Source: a candidate division NC10 bacterium CSP1-5 (GTDB lineage Bacteria > Methylomirabilota > Methylomirabilia > Methylomirabilales > CSP1-5). From it: 64,000 nucleotides of DNA. The notes under the pieces were generated by a model. It searched no databases and was not told the DNA's origin. It saw only the letters and a program-made list of their open reading frames with translations. Position numbers and translations under genes: made by a program. Below, piece by piece: positions 19,519 through 28,279 of the stretch. Location: assembly GCA_001443495.1 (NCBI GenBank), contig LDXR01000006.1:11059-75058 (forward strand). Direction: 5' to 3'. Positions within the stretch are counted from its first letter, which is position 1; every line of letters starts with the position of its first letter.

Positions 19519-21285
19519 ATGACAAAGGAGGGGAGAGTGGAGGAGCTCCAGGCCCTGATCAGCTTGGGGAAGAAGAAGGGATATCTGACCTACGAGGAGA
19601 TCAATAACCGTCTCCCGGAGGACATCACCTCTCCCGAGCAAATTGATCGGATCCTGATCAAGCTGGACGAGATGGAGATCGAGGTCATCGACTCACCCCG
19701 CGAGGCGGGGCGGCCGCAGGCGAAGAAGGTGGCGGGGCCCCCGTCGGGCGGGGCCGAGCCAGAGGTGGACCTGTCCCCCGCGCCGGTGGGTCGGACCGAT
19801 GATCCGGTCCGGATGTACCTCCGAGAGATGGGAAAGACGCCGCTTCTCTCCCGCGAGGGGGAGATCGGGATCGCCAAGCGGATCGAGGAGGGGCGGCGCG
19901 AGGTCACCGAGGCGGTCTGCCGGGCCGGGATTGCCGTTCGGGAGGTGATCTTCTTGGGGGAGCGTCTGCTCCAGGGCCGGCTCCGGGTCAGCGATCTCAT
20001 CGCTTTGAACGATTTCGACGAGATCTCGGAGCAGAAGGAGAAGGAGCTGATTGCGGAACTGATGCCGGTCCTGAAGGGGCTCAGGCAGGAGCAGGAAAAG
20101 GTTGAGGAGCTGGCCAGGCGGCTGGAGCGGGCCGAGCAACACGGCAATACCAAGAGGGCGGAGCGGCTGGAGCACGAGATGCAGGAGCGAAAGGGCCGGC
20201 AGGCCGAGCTCCTGCGACGACTCAATCTCAACCAGCGGGTCATCGAGCGGGTCGTCGCCCGCATGCGGGGTACCCTGGAGCGGGTCGAGAAGGCGGAACA
20301 GGAGGTCAGGGAGCTCAGACGCTCCACGCGCTTGAGCGCCGCCAATTTCAAGGTGCTCCGCGATACCGCCATGGGCAACGGGGTCTCCATGCGGACCCTG
20401 ATGCGGCGGACCAGGTTCCCGCGGGAGAGGCTGGAGGAACTGGAGCGGCAGATTCAGGTCATTGCCAAGAAGATCCAGCGGGCCGAGCAAGAAGGCGGCG
20501 CCACCTCCGCCGAGCTGCACGACCTACTTCAGTCCAGCAGCCGGGGTGAGCGGAAGGCATTGAATGCCAAGCGGGAGATGGTGGAGGCGAACCTGCGCCT
20601 CGTCATCTCCATTGCGAAGAAGTACACGAACCGCGGGCTCCAGTTTCTGGATCTGATTCAGGAGGGGAACATCGGTCTCATGCGGGCCGTGGAGAAGTTC
20701 GAGTACCAGCGGGGCTATAAGTTCTCCACGTATGCCACGTGGTGGATCCGTCAGGCCATTACCCGGGCCATTGCGGATCAGGCTCGGACCATCCGGATCC
20801 CGGTCCATATGATCGAGACCATCAACAAATTGATTCGAGCCTCTCGTCAACTGGTGCAGGAGTACGGTCGGGAACCGAGCCCAGAAGAGATCGCGCAGAA
20901 GATCGATCTCCCCGTGGACAAGGTCCGGAAGGTCCTCAAGATCGCCCAGGAGCCGATCTCCCTGGAGACACCCATCGGGGAAGAAGAGGATTCGCACCTT
21001 GGGGATTTCATCGAAGACAAGGGGGCGACCTCCCCTCTCGATGCGGTCATCGGGATCAATCTGGGGCTCCAAACCGACGAGGTGCTGCATACCCTGACCG
21101 ACCGAGAGCGAAAGGTACTGCGCCTCCGTTTCGGGATCGGCGATGGCGTGGACCACACCCTGGAAGAGGTGGGCCAGCAATTCGACGTGACCCGAGAGCG
21201 GATCCGGCAGATCGAGGCCAAGGCGTTGCGCAAGCTTCGGCATCCCACTCGAGGCCGGAAGCTCCGGAGCTTCGTGGAATCCTAA
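19519..21285 (+). CDS. rpoD: RNA polymerase sigma-70 factor RpoD
   Basis: Regions 1.1-4.2 are recognisable ([38 protein letters not shown]...TLEEVG). Confidence 0.97.
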   Translation: MTKEGRVEELQALISLGKKKGYLTYEEINNRLPEDITSPEQIDRILIKLDEMEIEVIDSPREAGRPQAKKVAGPPSGGAEPEVDLSPAPVGRTDDPVRMYLREMGKTPLLSREGEIGIAKRIEEGRREVTEAVCRAGIAVREVIFLGERLLQGRLRVSDLIALNDFDEISEQKEKELIAELMPVLKGLRQEQEKVEELARRLERAEQHGNTKRAERLEHEMQERKGRQAELLRRLNLNQRVIERVVARMRGTLERVEKAEQEVRELRRSTRLSAANFKVLRDTAMGNGVSMRTLMRRTRFPRERLEELERQIQVIAKKIQRAEQEGGATSAELHDLLQSSSRGERKALNAKREMVEANLRLVISIAKKYTNRGLQFLDLIQEGNIGLMRAVEKFEYQRGYKFSTYATWWIRQAITRAIADQARTIRIPVHMIETINKLIRASRQLVQEYGREPSPEEIAQKIDLPVDKVRKVLKIAQEPISLETPIGEEEDSHLGDFIEDKGATSPLDAVIGINLGLQTDEVLHTLTDRERKVLRLRFGIGDGVDHTLEEVGQQFDVTRERIRQIEAKALRKLRHPTRGRKLRSFVES

Positions 21286-21293
21286 CGTGGAGG

Positions 21294-21356
21294 GGTTCAC
21301 AGTTCACGGCTCAGAGTTCACGCTGATCGACAGGTTTTCCCTGTGAACCGTGAACT
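21294..21356. repeat. Heptad-periodic inverted repeat element between rpoD and tRNA
   Basis: GGTTCAC AGTTCAC GGCTCAG AGTTCAC (21294-21321), 21-nt spacer, GTGAACC GTGAACT (21343-21356). It starts 8 nt after the rpoD stop and ends 6 nt before the tRNA. Confidence 0.9.
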
Positions 21357-21362
21357 CTCCGG

Positions 21363-21438
21363 GGGCCCATAGCTCAGCGGTCAGAGCCACCGGCTCATAA
21401 CCGGACGGTCCCTGGTTCGAATCCAGGTGGGCCCACCA
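21363..21438 (+). tRNA. tRNA with CAU anticodon, elongator type (Met or lysidine-modified Ile2), CCA encoded
   Basis: Hand-folded cloverleaf: acceptor GGGCCCA/TGGGCCC, D arm GCTC-AGCGGTCA-GAGC, anticodon loop CTCATAA, T arm CCTGG-TTCGAAT-CCAGG, discriminator A, CCA. The G1:C72 pair excludes an initiator. Confidence 0.9.
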
Positions 21439-21444
21439 TATCCA

Positions 21445-21475
21445 GTGCAGAGTGCAGAATGCAGAAAGGTGCAGA
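21445..21475 (+). repeat. Tandem heptads GTGCAGA GTGCAGA ATGCAGA (aag) GTGCAGA directly 3' of the tRNA
   Basis: Read directly from the sequence; begins 7 nt after the tRNA CCA end. Confidence 0.8.
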
Positions 21476-21522
21476 GTTGTGCGAAGGAGGGTGGTGGGCA
21501 CTGCGCTGGATGGCCCCGAAGC

Positions 21523-21550
21523 GTGAACTGTGAACGGTGAACCGTGAACC
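21523..21550. repeat. Right-arm-type heptad array GTGAACT GTGAACG GTGAACC GTGAACC
   Basis: Four in-phase units complementary to the left arm at 21294-21321; immediately followed by the SD and GTG of the zinc-ribbon gene. Confidence 0.85.
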
Positions 21551-21560
21551 GAGGGGGGAT

Positions 21561-22265
21561 GTGCGGGAGGACCTGGCTCAGGTAGTCGATTTGCAGGATC
21601 TCGATCTGGAGATCGCCGGGCTCCAGAGAGAGGTTCACAGAATCCCGCGGGAGGTCGCCGACGGGGAACAACTCCTGAACAGCTCCCGGGGGGCGTGGGA
21701 TCAGGCCCGCGAGCGCCTCGCCGCACTCGAACAGCTCCGCCGCCGCAAGGAGCGCGAGTTGGAAGATGTCACGGCGGAGCAACGAAAGCGGCAGGGACGT
21801 CTCTTTGAGATCAAGACGAATCAAGAGTATGCCGCCGTTCTGAAAGAGATCGAGGGGCTGAAGGAGCGCCGCTCGACACTCGAGGACGAGATCCTCGGAA
21901 CCTTCGATGACATTGAGGCAGCCCAATCCGCGGGCCGGGACGAGTCGGCCCGCTTTCAGGAGCGGGAGAAGATCTTTCAGCAGGAGCGGACGACCAAGGA
22001 GGGTGAGCTCAGACGGCTCCAGGGAGAGCTGGAGCGCCTTCAGGAGGAGCGGCGACGTCAGGCGAACCGGGTGGAGACCAGCCTGCTCCAGACCTATCAA
22101 CGCCTGCTGCGCAGCCGGGGTGGCCTTGCGGTCGTCCCAGTGAAGGACGGCTCCTGCCTCGGCTGTCACGTTGCCCTCACTCCCCAGACCTATAATGAGC
22201 TCCGTAAAGGGGAGGTGTTCCTCAGCTGTGCGAACTGCCAGCGGATCCTCTACTGGAAAGGGTGA
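21561..22265 (+). CDS. Coiled-coil protein with C-terminal C4 zinc ribbon (COG1579/DUF164-like)
   Basis: Long heptad-rich coiled coil, then CLGCHVALTPQ...CANCQRILY. GTG 21561 follows SD GAGGGGGG; the ORF-table GTG 21537 lies inside a repeat array. Confidence 0.75.
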   Translation: MREDLAQVVDLQDLDLEIAGLQREVHRIPREVADGEQLLNSSRGAWDQARERLAALEQLRRRKERELEDVTAEQRKRQGRLFEIKTNQEYAAVLKEIEGLKERRSTLEDEILGTFDDIEAAQSAGRDESARFQEREKIFQQERTTKEGELRRLQGELERLQEERRRQANRVETSLLQTYQRLLRSRGGLAVVPVKDGSCLGCHVALTPQTYNELRKGEVFLSCANCQRILYWKG

Positions 22266-22302
22266 GACGGATCTGCGACGACTCGCCGATATCCTCGGGG
22301 CG

Positions 22303-22893
22303 ATGGCCCACACCGAGGCCCTCGCCACCCTGAGCGAGGAGTTGCCCGATCTCAGTCCCGCCGCGCTGAGGATGGTTCTGGAGCAGGCCTCTCACCTCCT
22401 CCAGGAGGTGGCTGCTTCCCGCCGGTCTCGTCAGCCGGCGCCGCGGTCCCTCGTGCTTCACATCGACGGGGCGGCTCGAGGGAATCCGGGCCCGGCGGGG
22501 ATCGGTGTGGTCATGTGGGATGAGGCGGGCGATTTTCGGGAGGAGCACGAAGCGTACATCGGGGAGGCCACGAATAACGTGGCCGAGTACGAGGCGCTCC
22601 TTTTCGGGCTCCGAAAGGCGAGGGAATTGGGCTATACGGCCATCAAGGTCTTCTCCGACTCAGAGCTGATCGTGCGGCAGATCCGCGGCGAATACCGGGT
22701 CAAGCATCCGCGCTTACGGAAGTTCTACGATCAGGTGCAGGACCTCCTGCGGTCTTTCGATGCCGTCGAGATCGCCCATGTCCCTCGGGGGATGAACACC
22801 CGGGCCGATCTGTTAGCCAACCGGGCGATTGAGGCGGCGCTCCGCGACCGGCAGAAAGGGGCTGCCCCTCGTCGCGGGAGGGGAGCAGGGTGA
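22303..22893 (+). CDS. rnhA: Ribonuclease H (type 1, RNase HI-like) with ~45-aa N-terminal extension
   Basis: LHIDGAARGNPGPAGIG, ATNNVAEYEALLFGL, VFSDSELIVRQ, NTRADLLAN (DEDD-type catalytic residues). Confidence 0.85.
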   Translation: MAHTEALATLSEELPDLSPAALRMVLEQASHLLQEVAASRRSRQPAPRSLVLHIDGAARGNPGPAGIGVVMWDEAGDFREEHEAYIGEATNNVAEYEALLFGLRKARELGYTAIKVFSDSELIVRQIRGEYRVKHPRLRKFYDQVQDLLRSFDAVEIAHVPRGMNTRADLLANRAIEAALRDRQKGAAPRRGRGAG

Positions 22894-23354
22894 GTCATTC
22901 GGGCTTCACCCCTCTGCAGAAGGCCCTGGAGATGACGCTCCAGCGGCTGGGACTCGAGGTCGGCATGGCGAACGTCGTTGTGCACCGCGTCTGGCCTCAC
23001 GTGGTGGGTGAAGAGGTGGCGCGCCGGAGCCACCCGGGTCTTCTCAGGAATGGCCGTCTCCAGGTGACTGTTGCCGACGCGGTGTGGCTCCAGCAGCTCA
23101 CGATGTTGAAACCTGCGATCCTGGCGAGCCTGGAGTCCCACCTGGGCTCGCGGGCTGTCCGGGACATCTTCTTTACTCTCGGCACATGCCCGAATGCCGC
23201 CCCTCGGCCTGAACCCGCCTCTCGGGGGCAGGGCGATCCCCCACCATCTCCTGAGCTGGAGGAGCGTCTCACGCAAGTGCTCCAGCCTGTTCTGGACTCG
23301 GACTGCCGCGAGGTTCTCGCACGGATTCTGCGGAAGGCGTGGTTGGACGGCTGA
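22890..23354 (+). CDS. dciA: DUF721 / DciA-family protein (putative replicative helicase operator)
   Basis: VWPHVVGEEVARRSHPGLLRNGRLQVTVADAVWLQQL pattern typical of DUF721; GTGA overlap with the RNase H gene. Confidence 0.7.
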   Translation: MSHSGFTPLQKALEMTLQRLGLEVGMANVVVHRVWPHVVGEEVARRSHPGLLRNGRLQVTVADAVWLQQLTMLKPAILASLESHLGSRAVRDIFFTLGTCPNAAPRPEPASRGQGDPPPSPELEERLTQVLQPVLDSDCREVLARILRKAWLDG

Positions 23355-23527
23355 TCGTTTCGTGTGGTTTTCTTTCAACAGATGTGATATCTATCGTTGC
23401 ACGAATGCCACAAGCTTATAACGGTGTTTCTCGAGAGGATTCTTAAGCGTTTAAATCTAAAGGATTCTTGTCTACGAAAAAGAATGTTCGGCCCTGGTAT
23501 GGGCCTTGCAAGTGACTTCCGGCTTCA

Positions 23528-24493
23528 ATGGGGAATAGCTTCGTCTCTGAAGGCGATGCAAAGGGGGTAGGGGTGGGTCGGCAGAAGACGATTGGAAGCA
23601 CGATCCGCTGCTCTGGCGTCGGACTGCATACCGGCCAGGAGGTGACGATGACCATGCGCCCCTCGGGCCCCAACACCGGAATCGTCTTCCGGCGGGTGGA
23701 CCTCCCCCATACACCTGTGGTCGAGGCGCGGCCCGAAAACATCATGGATGTCCACTACGCCACGACCCTGGGGAAGGCCGGTGTCGAGGTCAAGACCGTG
23801 GAGCACCTTTTGGCCGCCCTGGCGGGCCTCGGGATTGATAACCTCATCGTAGAGGTTTCTGGACCCGAAATTCCCGTAATGGACGGGAGCGCAGCCCCCT
23901 TCGTGGACCTGCTCCTTCAGGCGGGAATCTGGAGGCATTACGTCCCTAAGACGTACATCCGGGTGACTCGACCCCTCGAGATCGAGATGGGGAGTCGAAG
24001 CATCCAGATCCTCCCCTCCAAGCGATTCCGGATTCAGTACTCCATGTGCTTTGACCATCCCTGTTTTCGCGAGCAATCGATCGAGTTCCAGGTCTCTCGA
24101 CGGAACTTCATCAGGGAGATTGCCCCCTCGCGGACCTACGGCTTTCTTCGGGATGTCGAATCGCTGTGGCGCCGAGGCCTGGCCCTGGGCGGTTCCCTCG
24201 AGAATGCCGTCGTCATTGGTGAGCAGGGTGCCCTCAATGACCTCCGCTTCAAGGACGAGCTGATTCGGCACAAGGTATTGGATCTGATCGGGGATCTCTA
24301 CCTCTTGGGGCGGCCGCTGCAAGGGACCGTGGTGGCGAAGGGGGCCGGTCATCTCCTCCATACGGCCCTCGTCAAGGAGATTCAGCGTCACCTCGAGTCG
24401 GACCAGGCTTCCCGATGCGTCGTCACGGCTCCCGCATCTGTCCGGTTTCCCGTCCCCGCCTCCCCGAAGCCCCTCGGCTCTCCTGCCCTGTAA
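23528..24493 (+). CDS. lpxC: UDP-3-O-acyl-N-acetylglucosamine deacetylase
   Basis: QKTIGSTIRCSGVGLHTG, TVEHLLAAL, HKVLDLIGDL motifs. Confidence 0.95.
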   Translation: MGNSFVSEGDAKGVGVGRQKTIGSTIRCSGVGLHTGQEVTMTMRPSGPNTGIVFRRVDLPHTPVVEARPENIMDVHYATTLGKAGVEVKTVEHLLAALAGLGIDNLIVEVSGPEIPVMDGSAAPFVDLLLQAGIWRHYVPKTYIRVTRPLEIEMGSRSIQILPSKRFRIQYSMCFDHPCFREQSIEFQVSRRNFIREIAPSRTYGFLRDVESLWRRGLALGGSLENAVVIGEQGALNDLRFKDELIRHKVLDLIGDLYLLGRPLQGTVVAKGAGHLLHTALVKEIQRHLESDQASRCVVTAPASVRFPVPASPKPLGSPAL

Positions 24494-24505
24494 GGCCGTT
24501 TCTCC

Positions 24506-24535
24506 TTGTCAGAATCTTCTCGTTTTGGCTATAGT
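24506..24535 (+). promoter_or_regulatory. Sigma70-type promoter for ntrY-like operon (TTGTCA-18-TATAGT)
   Basis: Motif match in the lpxC-ntrY spacer. Confidence 0.5.
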
Positions 24536-24626
24536 GAGACGATCGGGCGGGAGGATCCCCCGATCGCTGCGGGGTTTCCCCGGCTCGTCCCCTCGGAGAG
24601 ATCGGAGCGACGGAGGCTCGACGCGG

Positions 24627-26864
24627 ATGGTTGAGCATCGCCAGAGCGACATGGAGGAGCGGCGTCGGCGGACGCGACTGATCATCGCTGCGGTGGGAGG
24701 ACTCGTCGCGATCCTCACCGCAGTGCAGGTCCTGATCCAGGAGCTCCGGTTTCCCTCCCCGATTCCGAGTAACATCCTGATCTTCGCCCTGGTAAATGTG
24801 AACCTCATCCTCCTCATCCTCCTCATCGTCCTGCTGTTTCGGAGCCTGTTCAAGATCTATCTGGAGCGTCGCAACAACCTCTTGGGGTCCAAGTTCCGGG
24901 TCAAGTTGGTGGTGACCTTCTTGAGTCTCGCGCTGCTTCCTGCGGCCCTGCTCTTCCTCGTCGCCTCCAACCTGATCACCACCAGCGTGGACAGTTGGTT
25001 CAACGTCCGGGTGGAGGAGTCCCTCGAGCACTCCCTGGATGTGGCGCAGACCTATTATCGGGCTGCCGAAGACCGGGCCCTCCTTTCGGCGAGGCGGATC
25101 GCTCGGCGGGTCGCGGCTGAGGGGCTCTTGGACGCGAGTGAGCCCTACCTCAATCGGGTCGCCAAGGAGAGCCTTCAGGAACTGGAGCTGGCCACGGTGC
25201 AGATCTTTGACCGGAGGGGATCGGAGCGGGTGCGGGTCAGAGGAGGGGAGCCTCTGGAGGACGACGACGCGTTTCCGGCAGGCTCTCTCGCCGTTCAGGC
25301 CGCCCTGGGGGGACAGGAGCAGTCGCTCATCACCCAGACCTGGATGGGAGGGCTCGTTCGGGGGATCGTGCCGATCATTGTCGCTTCTGAGAAGGGCGAG
25401 GTCGTCGGGGCAGCAGCGGTGGGGTATCCCATCCCCGGCGGAATGGCGCAGAAGGCCTCGGACATCGCCACGGGGATCGCCGAATACAAACAGATGAAGA
25501 TGCTGAAGAACCCCATCAAGGGGATCTACGTTATGCTCTTCCTCATGGTCACGCTGGTGATCATTTTCGCCGCCGTATGGGTCGGCGTGAATATGGCTCG
25601 CCGGATCACCGTCCCCATCCAGGAGCTCGCCCAGGGAACGCGGGCGGTGGCGTCTGGACACCTCGACTATCGCGTGCAGGTGGAGGCCGATGATGAGATC
25701 GGGATGCTGGTGGAATCCTTCAACCGGATGACGGAGGACCTGCGCCGGGGCGAGGTGGAGCTCACGGAGACGAACCGGCATCTGCAGCAGACCAATGTCG
25801 AGCTAAATCAGCGGCGGGCGTACATGGAGACGGTCCTGGAGAGCATCGGGGCCGGCGTCCTCTCGGTGGACGCCGAGGGACGGATCAATACCGTGAATCG
25901 CGCCGCATCTCGGATGCTGGACTTTGACCCCGCGGAGGCCCTCCACCGTCACTATCGCGCGGTCTTCGCCGCTCAACCGCTGGCCCCTCTCTGCCATCTG
26001 ATGGACCGGATGGTGCAGGAGGGGCGGGGCACGGTGAATGAACAGGTGACCCTCTCGCTCCTCGGCCGGGGGGCGACCCTGGTCGTGAATGTCTCGAGCT
26101 TGCGAGATCGTGGTGGACAATATCTCGGGATGGTGGTGGTCTTCGACGACATCACCAAGCTCATTCGGGCCCAGCAGGCCATGGCGTGGGGGGAGGCCGC
26201 CCGGCGGATCGCGCACGAAATCAAGAATCCGTTGACCCCCATCAAGCTCTCCACCCAACGCCTCCGGAAGAAGTTTGCCGAAGGGTCCACCGAATTCTCG
26301 GACATCTTTGACCAGTGCACCCAGACCATCATTCATGAGGTGGATGCCCTGAAGGCGCTGGTGGATGAATTTTCGCGGTATGCGCGCATGCCGACCTCCT
26401 ATCCTCGACCGGGAGACCTTCATGCGCTCATTGAGAAGGTCCTCAATCTCTACTCCGGAGTCTCCCGACACATCCTCCTGACCACGGATCTCGACCCCCA
26501 GGTGCCTCCGGTAAACCTGGACCCGGACCATATGAAGCGGGCGCTGGTCAATCTGGTTGACAATGCGGTCGCGGCGGTCGGCGAGGCGGGGGTGATCTGC
26601 CTGAAGACGCAGTACATGGCGGAAGAGGGCAAGGTCCGTCTGGAAGTGAACGATACCGGTCCAGGCATTCCTCGGGAGGACCGGGAGCGTCTCTTTCTCC
26701 CGTATTTTTCCACCAAGAAGTCCGGGACTGGCCTGGGGCTAGCCATCGTCTACCGGATCGTCACGGAGCATAGTGGGACCGTTCGAGCGGAGGAGGGTCA
26801 CCCGAGGGGGACCCGCATGATCATGGAATTTCCCGCCCTGCCGGTGGCGGCACAGGTGGTGTGA
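24627..26864 (+). CDS. ntrY: Membrane sensor histidine kinase, NtrY-like (TM-HAMP-PAS-HisKA-HATPase)
   Basis: N-terminal TM helices, HAMP, PAS, H-box IAHEIKNPLTPI, G-boxes DTGPGI and GTGLGL. ATG 24627 lies downstream of the predicted promoter. Confidence 0.85.
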   Translation: MVEHRQSDMEERRRRTRLIIAAVGGLVAILTAVQVLIQELRFPSPIPSNILIFALVNVNLILLILLIVLLFRSLFKIYLERRNNLLGSKFRVKLVVTFLSLALLPAALLFLVASNLITTSVDSWFNVRVEESLEHSLDVAQTYYRAAEDRALLSARRIARRVAAEGLLDASEPYLNRVAKESLQELELATVQIFDRRGSERVRVRGGEPLEDDDAFPAGSLAVQAALGGQEQSLITQTWMGGLVRGIVPIIVASEKGEVVGAAAVGYPIPGGMAQKASDIATGIAEYKQMKMLKNPIKGIYVMLFLMVTLVIIFAAVWVGVNMARRITVPIQELAQGTRAVASGHLDYRVQVEADDEIGMLVESFNRMTEDLRRGEVELTETNRHLQQTNVELNQRRAYMETVLESIGAGVLSVDAEGRINTVNRAASRMLDFDPAEALHRHYRAVFAAQPLAPLCHLMDRMVQEGRGTVNEQVTLSLLGRGATLVVNVSSLRDRGGQYLGMVVVFDDITKLIRAQQAMAWGEAARRIAHEIKNPLTPIKLSTQRLRKKFAEGSTEFSDIFDQCTQTIIHEVDALKALVDEFSRYARMPTSYPRPGDLHALIEKVLNLYSGVSRHILLTTDLDPQVPPVNLDPDHMKRALVNLVDNAVAAVGEAGVICLKTQYMAEEGKVRLEVNDTGPGIPREDRERLFLPYFSTKKSGTGLGLAIVYRIVTEHSGTVRAEEGHPRGTRMIMEFPALPVAAQVV

Positions 26865-28267
26865 GGCAGGCCGTGCCACGGGAAGAGATCCTGGTCGTCG
26901 ACGACGAACCCAACATCCTTAAGGTGATCGAGGATATCCTCACCGATGAGGGGTATCGGGTGCGGACCGCGCACAGTGGGGAAGAGGCCGTCGCCGAGGT
27001 GAAGCGTTCGTCTCCCGACCTTGTGATCCTGGATATCTGGCTCCCAGGGATGGACGGAATGCAGGCCCTTGACGTTCTGAAGGGGATGGTTCCGGAGACC
27101 CCGGTGCTCATGATCTCCGGCCACGGGAACATCGAGACGGCGGTCCGGGCCATCAAGATGGGCGCCTACGACTTTATCGAGAAGCCTCCGACGATCGAGC
27201 GGACCCTGTTGGCGGTCCGGCACGCCCTGGAGCAAGAGCGCCTTCTGCGCGAGAACCGGGCGTTACGACAGCGCCTCGAGCAGCAGTACGAAATCGTCGG
27301 TGAGAGCCCGGCCATCCGGGGGATTCTGAGGCAGGTCCAGTCCGTCGCCCCAAGCCACGGGCGGATCTTGATCCGGGGGGAGAGCGGCACCGGCAAGGAG
27401 CTCATCGCCAGGGCCATCCATCAGGCGAGTCTCAGGCGGGAGGAGCCCTTTGTGGAGGTCAACTGTGCCGCCATCCCCGACGAATTGATCGAGAGTGAGC
27501 TGTTCGGCCACGAGAAGGGGGCCTTCACCGGAGCCCTGACCACGCGGCGAGGGAAATTTGAGCTCGCCGACGGGGGGACCATCTTTCTTGACGAGGTGGG
27601 CGACATGAGTCTCAGGACGCAGGCCAAAGTGCTGCGCGTGCTCCAGGAGCAGGCCTTTGAGCGGGTTGGGGGAACTGAGGCGATCCGGGTGGACGTGCGA
27701 GTCATCGCGGCCTCCAACAAGGATCTGGAAGAGGAGACCCACGGCGGCCGGTTCCGGGAGGATCTCTACTACCGGCTCAACGTGATTCCCATCGAGGTCC
27801 CGCCGCTCAGGGAGCGCCGGGAGGACATTCCGCTCCTGGCCAGGCACTTCCTGAAGGGGTTCTGCGCGGAGTACGGGAAGCGGGAAAGGAGCCTGGCGGC
27901 GGACACGATGGAACTATTCTTGCAACACCCCTGGCCTGGGAACGTTCGGGAGTTGAAAAACGTCGTCGAGCGGTTGGTGATCATGGTGCCTGAAGAGGTT
28001 ATTTGTCGGTCGGATGCGGAGCCGGCCTTGCAGGCCCGCCCGGGCCGGGAAGAGGAGATCCCCTGCGCCCCGGCGGACTGGCGGAGCGCCTCGCTCCGGG
28101 AGGCACGAAACCGGTTCGAGCGGGACTATATCCTGATGCACCTTCAGGAGAACCGGTGGAACGTCACACGGACGGCGGAGCGGCTGAAGATCGAGCGGTC
28201 GAACCTCCATCGGAAGCTGAAGGCCTATGGCATCAGGGCTCTTCCCGAAGGGGAGGGGCATTCATGA
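26861..28267 (+). CDS. ntrX: Sigma54-dependent response regulator (REC-AAA+-HTH), NtrX/NtrC-like
   Basis: Receiver domain, GESGTGKE Walker A, GAFTGA sigma54-contact loop, C-terminal Fis-type HTH; GTGA overlap with the kinase gene. Confidence 0.9.
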   Translation: MRQAVPREEILVVDDEPNILKVIEDILTDEGYRVRTAHSGEEAVAEVKRSSPDLVILDIWLPGMDGMQALDVLKGMVPETPVLMISGHGNIETAVRAIKMGAYDFIEKPPTIERTLLAVRHALEQERLLRENRALRQRLEQQYEIVGESPAIRGILRQVQSVAPSHGRILIRGESGTGKELIARAIHQASLRREEPFVEVNCAAIPDELIESELFGHEKGAFTGALTTRRGKFELADGGTIFLDEVGDMSLRTQAKVLRVLQEQAFERVGGTEAIRVDVRVIAASNKDLEEETHGGRFREDLYYRLNVIPIEVPPLRERREDIPLLARHFLKGFCAEYGKRERSLAADTMELFLQHPWPGNVRELKNVVERLVIMVPEEVICRSDAEPALQARPGREEEIPCAPADWRSASLREARNRFERDYILMHLQENRWNVTRTAERLKIERSNLHRKLKAYGIRALPEGEGHS

Positions 28268-28279
28268 GGTGGCAGGCCC

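Noticed and set aside
11073-21550. Heptad arrays considered as CRISPR or as simple microsatellites
   Set aside because: Units are 7 nt with no spacers and no cas genes, so they are not CRISPR. The paired complementary arms and recurrence at gene boundaries argue against random microsatellites.
24525-24626. ORF-table start of the ntrY-like kinase
   Set aside because: It lies within or upstream of the predicted -10 element (24530-24535). ATG 24627 follows a GGAGG and precedes the first TM helix.
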